This document shows, piece after piece, positions 27,148 to 36,269 of a stretch of DNA of 64,000 bases. Source of the stretch: Minisyncoccota bacterium. Its GTDB lineage: Bacteria > Patescibacteriota > Minisyncoccia > Phycocordibacterales > UBA9973. The position numbers and the translations under genes were made by a program. The notes beneath the pieces are model-generated. The model saw only the letters and a list, made by a program, of their open reading frames with translations, was not told where the DNA came from and made no database searches. The stretch covers positions 48,248 to 112,247 of the forward strand of contig DASTLQ010000004.1 in NCBI GenBank assembly GCA_035714785.1, read 5' to 3'. Numbering within the stretch: position 1 is the stretch's first letter; the number at the start of each line of letters is the position of its first letter.

Positions 27148-27237
27148 TCTTTTGTCTCTTGAAGAACTTCCGAATCCTATCTGCCCTTGGGCGGATGACG
27201 GGTCGGAAGTTTTTCGTTTTTATGCTAGAATCGGAGG

Positions 27238-29718
27238 ATGGGAATTTTATCAGGATTATTTGGAGATTCAAGCGCCCAGTACATTAAAGGGGCAAGCAAG
27301 GCAGTGGCAAAGATAAATGCCATGGAGGGCGATTTTACGGGCCTGGCTGATGCTGATTTTCCAAAAAAGACATTAGAATATAAAGAAAGGTTGGCAAAAG
27401 GGGAGAAGATTGAGGATCTTCTGCTGGAAGCTTTTGCCTTGGTGCGGGAGGCGGCGAAGAGAAACCTAGGAGAAAGACATTATGATGTTCAGCTGATCGG
27501 AGGTATTACTTTAAATAGTGGACAAATTGCCGAAATGAAAACCGGAGAAGGAAAGACCTTGGTGGCTACTCTTCCAGCCTACCTAAATGCTCTCACTGGC
27601 AAAGGAGTGCATGTGGTCACCGTAAACGACTACCTTGCTCGCAGAGACGCTGTGCTTATGGGTCAGGTTTATAATTTTTTGGGTTTGTCTGTGGGAATAA
27701 TTAATTCACAGAACGTTTCTTATTTATACGATCCAAGGCATACCGAAGAAGATAAAGAACGTGATGCGGTAGGAGAGTTTAAAATAATTTATGATTTTCT
27801 AAAACCATGCACTCGAAAAGAAGCATATGCTGCAGACATTACTTATGGTACAAACCATGAATACGGTTTCGACTATTTGCGAGACAATCTCGCCACCTCT
27901 GTCGATCAGATGGTTCAGCGCGGACATCACTATGCTATTGTCGACGAAGTTGACTCTATTCTCATTGACGAAGCGCGAACTCCGCTTATCATTTCTTCAC
28001 CATCTTCCGAATCTGAAGATTTTTATGTAAAGTTTTATCAAATCGCTCGGCAACTAAAGAAAGAAGATGATTACAAGGTGGATGAAAAGCTGAAAGCCAT
28101 CACTCTCACTGACGAAGGAATCACTAAGGCAGAAAATTTGCTTGGGGTAGACAATATATATACGGAAAAGGGAATAAAATACGTGCACCATTTGGAGACA
28201 GCCGTAAAAGCCCAGGCTCTTTTTGAACGAGACAAGGATTACGTTGTAAAAGAAGGGGAGGTAATCATCGTGGACCCATTTACTGGGCGTCTACAGCCGG
28301 GTAGACGATGGTCAGAGGGAATTCACCAAGCTATTGAAGCCAAAGAAGGGGTAAAGATTGAAAAAGAGAGTCGTTCTTCGGGTACTATTACTTTCCAAAA
28401 CTATTTCCGTTTTTATGAAAAGCTATCCGGAATGACTGGTACAGCCGCTACTTCTGCTGAAGAATTTTTGAAAGTGTACGGACTTGATGTGGTGGTGATT
28501 CCTACTCATCGTCCGATGGTGCGTCTCGATCATCCAGATCTCATATATCAAAGTGAAAAAGGAAAGTTTCAGGCTATCGCCAAAAAAGTGAAAGACCTAA
28601 ATACAAAAGGTCAGCCTGTTTTGATTGGTACTATTTCTATTGAAAAAAATGAATTGCTCTCTGCATATCTACGCCAAGAAGGAGTTGAGCATACTATTTT
28701 GAACGCCAAGAATCATGAGCGTGAGGGTGAAATCATCGCTCAAGCAGGTAGAAAAGGAGGAGTAACTATTGCCACCAACATGGCCGGTCGCGGAATCGAC
28801 ATCAAGCTCGGAGGAAATCCTTATACTGAAGAAAGCCATGAAGATGTAAAATCCCTTGGTGGACTTTTTGTGTTGGGTACTGAGCGCCATGAAGCAAGAC
28901 GTATCGACAATCAGCTTCGAGGACGAGCAGGCCGTCAGGGAGATCCAGGAGAAACTCAGTTTTTTGTTTCGCTTGAAGATGATCTGATGCGAGTCTTCGG
29001 GTCAGAAAGAATTCAGACCATGATGGGACGTTTTGGAATTCCAGAAGACGTGCCAATTGAAAATCGTTTTGTTGGAAAACAGCTCGAAGGAGCTCAGAAA
29101 AAAATCGAAGGTTTCCATTTTGATGCCAGAAAACATACTCTTGAATATGACGACGTGATGAATCATCAGCGTGGAGTGATATATGAACGCCGTCGAAAGA
29201 TGCTTTTGGCAGAAAAAGAGGGAATTGAAGAAGTACTGAATGATATTTGCGAAGGCAGAGAAGGTGCTGAAGAAATGGTTGCTGATAAAAGAGAAAAGAT
29301 TGGTGACAAGGCTCTTCTTGAAACTGTTCGACGTATTGCACTGTATACTACAGACAATCTTTGGATGGAACACTTGGAACAGATGGACTACTTGAGGTCT
29401 TCAGTAAATTTGCGAGCATATGGTCAGCGAGAACCAATCGTGGAGTATAAAAAAGAAGGTCTGCGAATGTTTAGAGAAATGGAAGAAGCATTCAGAGAGC
29501 AGGCAATTTCTCTGATAGGGAATATAAATACTGAAAATGTCCGCAATCTAGAACCCGAGAAGCCGGTAATTCAGACTTTGGTTTTAGGGCAAGCTTCTCC
29601 AGATTCTGTGCCAGAAAATACTGTCTCTACTGCTCAAAATGATGAAAATAAAGTAGGCAGAAATGATCCTTGTCCATGTGGGTCAGGTAAAAAATATAAA
29701 AAATGCCACGGGGCTTAA
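27238..29718 (+). CDS. secA: Preprotein translocase ATPase SecA
   Basis: EMKTGEGKT, IVDEVDSILIDEARTPL, TNMAGRG, GRNDPCPCGSGKKYKKCHG. Confidence 0.98.
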   Translation: MGILSGLFGDSSAQYIKGASKAVAKINAMEGDFTGLADADFPKKTLEYKERLAKGEKIEDLLLEAFALVREAAKRNLGERHYDVQLIGGITLNSGQIAEMKTGEGKTLVATLPAYLNALTGKGVHVVTVNDYLARRDAVLMGQVYNFLGLSVGIINSQNVSYLYDPRHTEEDKERDAVGEFKIIYDFLKPCTRKEAYAADITYGTNHEYGFDYLRDNLATSVDQMVQRGHHYAIVDEVDSILIDEARTPLIISSPSSESEDFYVKFYQIARQLKKEDDYKVDEKLKAITLTDEGITKAENLLGVDNIYTEKGIKYVHHLETAVKAQALFERDKDYVVKEGEVIIVDPFTGRLQPGRRWSEGIHQAIEAKEGVKIEKESRSSGTITFQNYFRFYEKLSGMTGTAATSAEEFLKVYGLDVVVIPTHRPMVRLDHPDLIYQSEKGKFQAIAKKVKDLNTKGQPVLIGTISIEKNELLSAYLRQEGVEHTILNAKNHEREGEIIAQAGRKGGVTIATNMAGRGIDIKLGGNPYTEESHEDVKSLGGLFVLGTERHEARRIDNQLRGRAGRQGDPGETQFFVSLEDDLMRVFGSERIQTMMGRFGIPEDVPIENRFVGKQLEGAQKKIEGFHFDARKHTLEYDDVMNHQRGVIYERRRKMLLAEKEGIEEVLNDICEGREGAEEMVADKREKIGDKALLETVRRIALYTTDNLWMEHLEQMDYLRSSVNLRAYGQREPIVEYKKEGLRMFREMEEAFREQAISLIGNINTENVRNLEPEKPVIQTLVLGQASPDSVPENTVSTAQNDENKVGRNDPCPCGSGKKYKKCHGA

Positions 29719-29739
29719 TGGGTGATATAATAACCATAT

Positions 29740-30477
29740 ATGTCGCAACATTCTTATTACATCGCTAAAAATCATGATCTAGTCCTTGATAATCAAGGCA
29801 AACGTTATCATCTTTCCATAAAGGATCTTCCAAAGGAAGAAATGCCTCGAGAAAAGCTCCTAAAGCATGGGCTTTCTGCGCTGTCTGTTCCTGAGCTTCT
29901 GGCTTTAGTTTTAGGCACGGGTACTGTCAAAGAAGATGTCCTTGAAATGTCTTCTCGGATAATTCGAAATTACGGAGAGGGCAGTATCATGTTTGAAAAA
30001 GATCCAAAAGCGTTAGCCGAAAATTTTGATGTACCTATCGGGAAAGCTAGTCAGATCGTGGCATGTGCAGAGCTAGGCCGAAGATTTTTCCAAAAAAATG
30101 AATCTTCGCTTCCAGTCGTACGTACTGCTCGAGAAGTATATGAGTATGTAAAAGACATGCACAACCTTTCCAAGGAAAATCTTCGCGGAATATATCTTAA
30201 TGCTCACTACAAAGTCATTCACGATGAAGTAATTTCAATCGGAACAGTAGATGGAAGTATCATTCATCCGAGAGAAGTTTTCAAGCCAGCCATTGAGCGA
30301 TCGGCGGTAGCTCTCATTTTGGTGCACAATCATCCATCGGGAGTGACCGAGCCATCTGAGGCAGATATCGCTGTGACCAAGCAATTAATTGAAGCTGGAA
30401 AAGTGCTTGGAGTAGATTTGATCGACCATGTGATTGTCACCCGAGATTCTTTTGTCAGCATTCCCGCAGACTATTAA
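29740..30477 (+). CDS. radC: RadC/JAB-domain protein
   Basis: PREKL, HPREVF, HNHPSG..PSEAD, DHVIV. Confidence 0.93.
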   Translation: MSQHSYYIAKNHDLVLDNQGKRYHLSIKDLPKEEMPREKLLKHGLSALSVPELLALVLGTGTVKEDVLEMSSRIIRNYGEGSIMFEKDPKALAENFDVPIGKASQIVACAELGRRFFQKNESSLPVVRTAREVYEYVKDMHNLSKENLRGIYLNAHYKVIHDEVISIGTVDGSIIHPREVFKPAIERSAVALILVHNHPSGVTEPSEADIAVTKQLIEAGKVLGVDLIDHVIVTRDSFVSIPADY

Positions 30478-30482
30478 ATTTT

Positions 30483-30758
30483 ATGATTTATTCTCCTTAT
30501 ACAATCCGCTTACCGAGATACTGGATGGTGGAAGACAAACCGGAGAAAAAATATTCTCGATCTTTACCAGAGGCTCGAGAAAATCTGCTTTTTCATATTT
30601 CAAGTGACGACTATTTTGGGACTCTTGCCACTTCGCTGAATTTGCTTAAACAATCCCTAGAGGATGGCAGAAACTTTGAAATAGGAAAAAAGTCTCTGGC
30701 TCACAGCGTGGATGACCTTATGTACCTGCAGAGAAATTACAAAATAACTAAAAAATAA
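30483..30758 (+). CDS. Hypothetical protein
   Basis: Tightly packed ORF; FHISSDDYFGTLAT..DLMYLQRNYKI. Confidence 0.6.
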   Translation: MIYSPYTIRLPRYWMVEDKPEKKYSRSLPEARENLLFHISSDDYFGTLATSLNLLKQSLEDGRNFEIGKKSLAHSVDDLMYLQRNYKITKK

Positions 30759-30762
30759 CAGA

Positions 30763-30957
30763 ATGGAAATAGGAGAATATAAGCATTTTAAAGGAGGAAT
30801 ATATGCAGTGACAGGGGTTGCCAAGTTTTCCGAAGATCCCGAAAAGGAGTTCGTCATTTACGAGCATGATGGTGTTCTCTGGGCGCGTCCCAAAGAAATG
30901 TTTTTAGAAGATGTAGTGGTCGATGGGAAAAAAGTGCCGAGATTTAAAAAGATATAA
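30763..30957 (+). CDS. DUF1653 family protein
   Basis: GEYKHFKGGIYAV..VIYE..LWARPKEMFLE..VPRF. Confidence 0.85.
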   Translation: MEIGEYKHFKGGIYAVTGVAKFSEDPEKEFVIYEHDGVLWARPKEMFLEDVVVDGKKVPRFKKI

Positions 30958-30961
30958 TTAT

Positions 30962-31306
30962 ATGATGGAAGGAAAAGGGGAATTCACATATCGAGAAAAA
31001 AAAGAGATAAGAGAAACTCTGACAAAGGCACTTTCCAATTTTATTATTCTTTTTGAGAACGCTGTTGATAATTACGGGCTCGATAAAATTGAAATACAAA
31101 AGGCCGTAGAACAGTTAAATATGAAAGAAATGACGAAGCAATTATATGCAAAAGGTAATAGGAAAGAAGAGGTTTCTCAGATTGCTGAAGAATATAATGC
31201 GCTGGTGAAAAGGATTTTATCTAATGAGTTTAATGCCTTGGCGGAAAACGTGCAGGAGATAAGAAAAAAATTGAGAGAGCTGTTTCTAGAGGCGAAAAAA
31301 TTATAA
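30962..31306 (+). CDS. Hypothetical helical protein
   Basis: ORF abutting murE; TATAAT just upstream. Confidence 0.55.
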   Translation: MMEGKGEFTYREKKEIRETLTKALSNFIILFENAVDNYGLDKIEIQKAVEQLNMKEMTKQLYAKGNRKEEVSQIAEEYNALVKRILSNEFNALAENVQEIRKKLRELFLEAKKL

Positions 31307-32559
31307 TGCTTCTTAAAAAACTGAAAATTAAACGCAGGATGATCACCTGGCTGTCTGCTATGCATTTTTTTGGTAATCCTTCGGCAAAGATGAAAATAGT
31401 GGGAGTGACTGGTACCAATGGAAAGACCACCACCACTACGCTGTTGTACGATGTGGCTATGGCACTCGGACATAAATCTGGACTAATCGGGACGGTAGAA
31501 AATAGGATAGGAGAGGAAAGACTACCAGCTACTCATACTACGCCTGATCCACTAAACTTAAATAAATTGTTGAAAAAGATGGCGGAAGCTGGGTGTGAGT
31601 ACGTCTTTATGGAAGTTTCTTCCCATGCACTTGATCAGAAGCGTACGGCGGGGGTAGCTTTTGCTGGCGCGGTTTTTACCAATCTGACTCATGATCATTT
31701 AGACTATCATCAAAATGTTGAAAATTATTTTAATGCAAAGAAGAAATTGTTTAAATATCTCCCTGCTACTTCTTTTGCCATTTCGAATGTGGATGATCCA
31801 TACGGAGAGAAAATACTAGAAGGAATTTCTGGCCGAAAGTTTTCATATGGTTTTGATAAAAAGGCAGATTATTATGGAAAGATAGACAGTCTAAATTTTT
31901 CTGGCCTTCAGCTTGAAATAAATAGCACCCCAATCACATCAAAGTTGATTGGAAAATTTAATGCGTATAATATTTTAGCGGTTTGGAGCGTTTGCAATTT
32001 ACTTGGTTTTGATATGAAAAAAGTGGCGGAAATATTTAAAGGTATAAAGCCACCAAACGGAAGATTTGAACATTTTGTTTCTCCGACCGGAGCGCTCGTG
32101 ATCATAGACTACGCTCATACTCCAGATGCCCTTCTAAAAGTACTTCTAACCGCCAACGAAATTAAGTGTAAGGGGTCCCCTTGCATGTTATCCACAGGTG
32201 CACCGAGGTTGATTTCCCTCGCTGGATGTGGTGGGGACAGAGATCCAATGAAGCGGGAAAAGATGGGGCGAATAGCAGCCGAGCTTTCAGATATTTCGAT
32301 ATTTACTTCTGATAATCCTCGAAACGAAGACCCGTCGAAAATCATTGAAGAAATGAAAACAAGCCTGACGCCCGACCTTTTGGAAAAAGTAAAGACAATT
32401 CCTGATCGTAGGGAAGCTATTATAAAAAGTGTCCGAATTGCCAAAGAAGGGGATATCATTCTCTGCGCTGGAAAGGGGCACGAAGATTATCAAGAGATAG
32501 AAGGCGTCAAGCACCACTTTAATGACCTAGAGGAATACAAAAAAGCATATGAAAAATAA
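31306..32559 (+). CDS. murE: UDP-MurNAc-tripeptide synthetase MurE (lacks the N-terminal domain)
   Basis: GVTGTNGKTT, MEVSSHAL, DHLDYH, DYAHTPDA, GCGGDRD, DNPR, AGKGHE. Confidence 0.95.
   Translation: MLLKKLKIKRRMITWLSAMHFFGNPSAKMKIVGVTGTNGKTTTTTLLYDVAMALGHKSGLIGTVENRIGEERLPATHTTPDPLNLNKLLKKMAEAGCEYVFMEVSSHALDQKRTAGVAFAGAVFTNLTHDHLDYHQNVENYFNAKKKLFKYLPATSFAISNVDDPYGEKILEGISGRKFSYGFDKKADYYGKIDSLNFSGLQLEINSTPITSKLIGKFNAYNILAVWSVCNLLGFDMKKVAEIFKGIKPPNGRFEHFVSPTGALVIIDYAHTPDALLKVLLTANEIKCKGSPCMLSTGAPRLISLAGCGGDRDPMKREKMGRIAAELSDISIFTSDNPRNEDPSKIIEEMKTSLTPDLLEKVKTIPDRREAIIKSVRIAKEGDIILCAGKGHEDYQEIEGVKHHFNDLEEYKKAYEK
32167..32198. repeat. Motif-A/DnaA-box repeat copy inserted in-frame in murE
   Basis: tgtaaggggtccccttgcatgttatccacagg, translated as CKGSPCMLSTG. 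Confidence 0.9.
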
Positions 32560-33904
32560 ATCTACCCAAAAAAATAATTTCCGACAATTTTTCGCAGGAA
32601 AAAAGATCACCGTGATGGGGCTAGGAATTTTGGGCCGTGGTTTAGGGTATACAAAATTTATGGCCGAATGTGGAGCCGATTTGATAGTGACCGATTTAAA
32701 GACAAAAAAAGAACTCGCCAGCTCTATAAAGGAGCTTGGAAAATTTAAGAATATCCAATTTGTACTTGGCGAACACCGCCTAGAAGACTTTCGCAATCGG
32801 GACATGATTTTGAAAGCTGCGGGAGTGCCAATGAATTCTCCTTTTATAGAAGAGGCTCGCCAAAATAGCATTCCGATAGAGATGGATGTTTCTTTTTTTG
32901 CTAAACTTTCTCCGAGCACAATACTGGTCGGAGTGACAGGCACTCGCGGAAAATCTATGACCACTGCGTTAATTTATGAGATTTTAAGAAAGAACGAAAA
33001 GGTTTTGAAAGGAAAAGTATATCTTGGGGGAAACATGCGGGGAATAGCGACTCTTCCTCTTCTTAGGAAAACGAGCCTTGCCCTTGGAAAGACAATAGTA
33101 GTCTGCGAGCTAGATTCATGGCAGTTGCAAGGATTTGGTGATGCTAAAATTTCTCCGCAAGTTTCAGTTTTTACATCTTTTATGCCCGACCATATGAATT
33201 ACTACAAGGATGATTTGAAAAAATATTTTAATGATAAAGCAAATATTTTTAAGTATCAAAAGAAAGGGGACTTGCTTGTGGTGCGCCCTCTTGTGCGCAA
33301 ACTCATTCCGAAAAATTTGAAAAGTACCCTTTTAGTGGTAGACCCGAAGACAGCTCAAAAGTATGAGTTTGTCGTTCCGGGCACTCATCAACGTGAAAAT
33401 CTCGCTTGCGCCATAGAAGTTGCAAAATATTTTAAAATTCCTAAAACTAATATCGAAAAGGCCGTTAAAAATTTTAAAGGTCTAGAAGGACGGATGCAAT
33501 ATCTGCTAAAGATAAATGGAGTAAAGATTTACAACGATAACAACGCTACTACTCCGGAGGCTACAATTGCGGGAATTGAGGCGCTAGTTAATGAAAAGAT
33601 AATTTTAATTTCAGGAGGCTCAGACAAAGGGCTAGACACAAAAAAATTAGTGGGAATGATGGAGAAGAACTGCAAGAAGGTGATACTTTTGACAGGAACG
33701 GGCACGGCTAAGCTGCCTTTAATTTCTAATTCCATAAAAGTGAAGTCACTTAATGAGGCCGTCCGCACCGCACTTAAAGAGGCAAAAAAGGGAGATATCA
33801 TTTTATTTAGCCCTGCTTTTGCTTCCTTTGGCCCACCGCCAGGAGGATTCAAGAATGAATATGATCGCGGGGATCAATTTATAGATATAGTGAAAAGAAT
33901 ATAA
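32549..33904 (+). CDS. murD: UDP-MurNAc-L-Ala:D-Glu ligase MurD
   Basis: GVTGTRGKS, ELDSWQL, PDHMNYY, YNDNNATTP, SPAFASF..RG. Confidence 0.93.
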   Translation: MKNKSTQKNNFRQFFAGKKITVMGLGILGRGLGYTKFMAECGADLIVTDLKTKKELASSIKELGKFKNIQFVLGEHRLEDFRNRDMILKAAGVPMNSPFIEEARQNSIPIEMDVSFFAKLSPSTILVGVTGTRGKSMTTALIYEILRKNEKVLKGKVYLGGNMRGIATLPLLRKTSLALGKTIVVCELDSWQLQGFGDAKISPQVSVFTSFMPDHMNYYKDDLKKYFNDKANIFKYQKKGDLLVVRPLVRKLIPKNLKSTLLVVDPKTAQKYEFVVPGTHQRENLACAIEVAKYFKIPKTNIEKAVKNFKGLEGRMQYLLKINGVKIYNDNNATTPEATIAGIEALVNEKIILISGGSDKGLDTKKLVGMMEKNCKKVILLTGTGTAKLPLISNSIKVKSLNEAVRTALKEAKKGDIILFSPAFASFGPPPGGFKNEYDRGDQFIDIVKRI

Positions 33905-35145
33905 TGAGCACTAATTTAGACTTATCACAAATTAAGAAAATATTTTTCATCGGTATCGGTGGAATAGGTATTTCTGCTTTAGCCAAGATGGCGCTCTCTC
34001 GCGGGATAGAAGTGTCTGGAGTAAATGACGAAGAAACAGAGAAGACGCTGAGTTCATTAGTAGGAGATGGCGCAGAGGTGGTTATGTTGAAAGATTACCA
34101 GTCTTTGCCCGAGGCGGATATGTATGTTTATAGTGATGCTTGGATTCATCGCGGACCCGAGATAATAGATTCGGCTAAAAAAACGGGGAAGCCAACCCTT
34201 TCATATTTTGAAGCACTTGGAAAGTTTGCCGAGGAATATAAAGTGATAGCCATTTCAGGTACGCATGGAAAGACTTCCACCACGGCTATGGTGGCGGAGA
34301 TATTGATAGATGCTCAAATGGATCCGACGGTAGTAGTAGGATCTTTTGTAAAAAAATTTGGAAGCAATTTTAGAAAAGGGGAGAGCTCGTATCTAGTAGT
34401 AGAAGCCGACGAATATAATCGACATTTTTTAAATTTTAATCCGTTTATCGGAGTGGTCACCAATATTGAAGCTGATCACCTCGATTGTTACAAAGATCTT
34501 GCAGATATAAAAAAAGCTTTCGAGCAATTTTTGGCGCAAAGCCAAAACGTAATTGTAGATTTTGAAAAGTATCTAGAAAAAGTGCCAAAGCTCGCCGTGC
34601 CAGGTGAACACAATCGTCAAAATGCTGCTACCGCACTAGCGGTAGCGGATTTGTTGGGTGTGGATCTAGGGTCTGCCAAAAGATCGCTCTCAAATTTTGC
34701 GGGAACATGGAGACGTCTAGAGAAGATTAGAGAAACTAGCGAAGGGGTAATTGTGTATGATGATTATGCACATCATCCCACTGAAATCAAAGCGAGCCTT
34801 CAAGCACTGCGCGAACTTTACCCCTTAGGGCAAAAGAAAATCACAGTCGTTTTTCAACCTCATCTATATAGTCGGACAAAAGCCTTGTTTGATGATTTTG
34901 CGACCAGCTTCAAAGGCGCCGACAGGGTAATATTACTTCCTATATACTTTGCTAGAGAAAATCCGGACGAAAGCATTTCTTGTGGTAAGCTTGCAGAAGC
35001 AATATGTGCTACTGGGCAGTCTGCGATCGCATTTACTGATTTTGAACTGACTGAGAACTATTTGAAAGACTTAGAATTTGGACCCGATGACATTTTTGTC
35101 ACCATGGGGGCAGGGGAAGCCTACAAAGTAGCTGAAATTCTGTAA
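33904..35145 (+). CDS. murC: UDP-MurNAc:L-Ala ligase MurC
   Basis: IGIGGIGISALA, SGTHGKTSTT, EADEY, DDYAHHPTEI, FQPHLYSRT, MGAG. Confidence 0.95.
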   Translation: MSTNLDLSQIKKIFFIGIGGIGISALAKMALSRGIEVSGVNDEETEKTLSSLVGDGAEVVMLKDYQSLPEADMYVYSDAWIHRGPEIIDSAKKTGKPTLSYFEALGKFAEEYKVIAISGTHGKTSTTAMVAEILIDAQMDPTVVVGSFVKKFGSNFRKGESSYLVVEADEYNRHFLNFNPFIGVVTNIEADHLDCYKDLADIKKAFEQFLAQSQNVIVDFEKYLEKVPKLAVPGEHNRQNAATALAVADLLGVDLGSAKRSLSNFAGTWRRLEKIRETSEGVIVYDDYAHHPTEIKASLQALRELYPLGQKKITVVFQPHLYSRTKALFDDFATSFKGADRVILLPIYFARENPDESISCGKLAEAICATGQSAIAFTDFELTENYLKDLEFGPDDIFVTMGAGEAYKVAEIL

Positions 35146-35170
35146 AATAGGCGACAAAAAAAAGAAAAAG

Positions 35171-35237
35171 ACCTGTGGATAACATGCAAGGGGACCCCTT
35201 ACATGTTATCCACAGGGTAAGGGGTCCCCTTGCATGC
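35171..35237. repeat. Palindromic repeat, near-full 45-bp form plus an extra motif A
   Basis: 35172-35216 cctgtggataacatgcaaggggaccccttacatgttatccacagg, then gtaaggggtccccttgc. Confidence 0.93.
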
Positions 35238-35503
35238 AGAATTAGGCTATTTATGGCTAATTTTGTCAAACTCATATCGGCAATATAGCCTTATTTTACA
35301 ACGTATAATGGATTTGACATACCCTAAAAAAGTGGTTTAACTATTGACTTTTGTTTACAGGTATGCTACCATATAAGCATGTCCTTACTTATAGGCGCAA
35401 GCCTAATAGATAAGGGCTTTTTCAGTAGAAGCTGAATATCCAATCTACTCAGGTGGAATTGGAATACGGAAAGGAAAGTTTGGCGGAGCTTAACCGCCAA
35501 CGT

Positions 35504-36136
35504 ATGTATAAAAACAAAACAATACGGTTTGTGCATTCCCTGATGATATTGCCATTGTTAACAGGCGCTACGCCTATAACGGCAAACATCCCTAACGGTA
35601 ATCCGGGAAACGCCGAAATCGTATTAATACAAAAACAAAATATCGAAGCACTTGGGTCTATGTCTATTAACCAGGCGGACGACCTAAAGGCCAAGACTAT
35701 AGAATTGCGAGCCGAAGCCATTGATGCTTATTTCAAAGCATATGACATGCCACTTGCTGGTACTGGACGCAAAATGGTGGAAGAAGCCGAAAAGAACGGT
35801 ATTGACTGGAGACTTCTACCCGCTATTGCAGTACGAGAATCTACTGGTGGAAAGTTTGCATGTAAAAAGGCAACCTATAGTGCCTTTGGATGGGGATCAT
35901 GTAAGATCAACTTTGAATCTCACGAACGTGCCATTGAAATAGTGGCTATGAACTTGGGAGGAAACAATCCAAACACTGCAAGATACTATAAAGGAAAAGA
36001 TACTCGCGAGATTTTGCTTGCTTACAATCCTCCTTCTATTATTCCAAGATACGTTCCGCAGGTGATAAATATCATGGATAAGATTGGGAAGAAAGATCTA
36101 GAAGCAACCGCACATCTAGCGTTTCAGCAGATCTAA
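35504..36136 (+). CDS. Secreted lysozyme-like/glucosaminidase-domain protein
   Basis: AEKNGIDWRLLPAIAVRESTGGK..AFGWG..YNP; start reassigned to ATG 35504. Confidence 0.7.
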   Translation: MYKNKTIRFVHSLMILPLLTGATPITANIPNGNPGNAEIVLIQKQNIEALGSMSINQADDLKAKTIELRAEAIDAYFKAYDMPLAGTGRKMVEEAEKNGIDWRLLPAIAVRESTGGKFACKKATYSAFGWGSCKINFESHERAIEIVAMNLGGNNPNTARYYKGKDTREILLAYNPPSIIPRYVPQVINIMDKIGKKDLEATAHLAFQQI

Positions 36137-36158
36137 AGTCTAAAGATTTAACATTTGA

Positions 36159-36269
36159 AAAAACAGGTAAGGGGATGACCCTTACCTGTTTTGCGTGTAA
36201 GGGGACCCCTTACCCTGTGGATAACATGCAAGGGGACCCCTTACCCCAAGGTGGGCCCTTTCCTTACAC
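36159..36269. repeat. Palindromic repeat cluster merged with the terminator between convergent genes
   Basis: aaaacaggtaagggg-atga-cccttacctgtttt hairpin, then two AAGGGGACCCCTT, a DnaA box and aaggtgggccctt. Confidence 0.88.

Noticed and set aside
29740-30477. radC as a marker of a mobile element
   Set aside because: It is the full-length chromosomal type with an N-terminal PREKL/HhH region, and no integrase is nearby.
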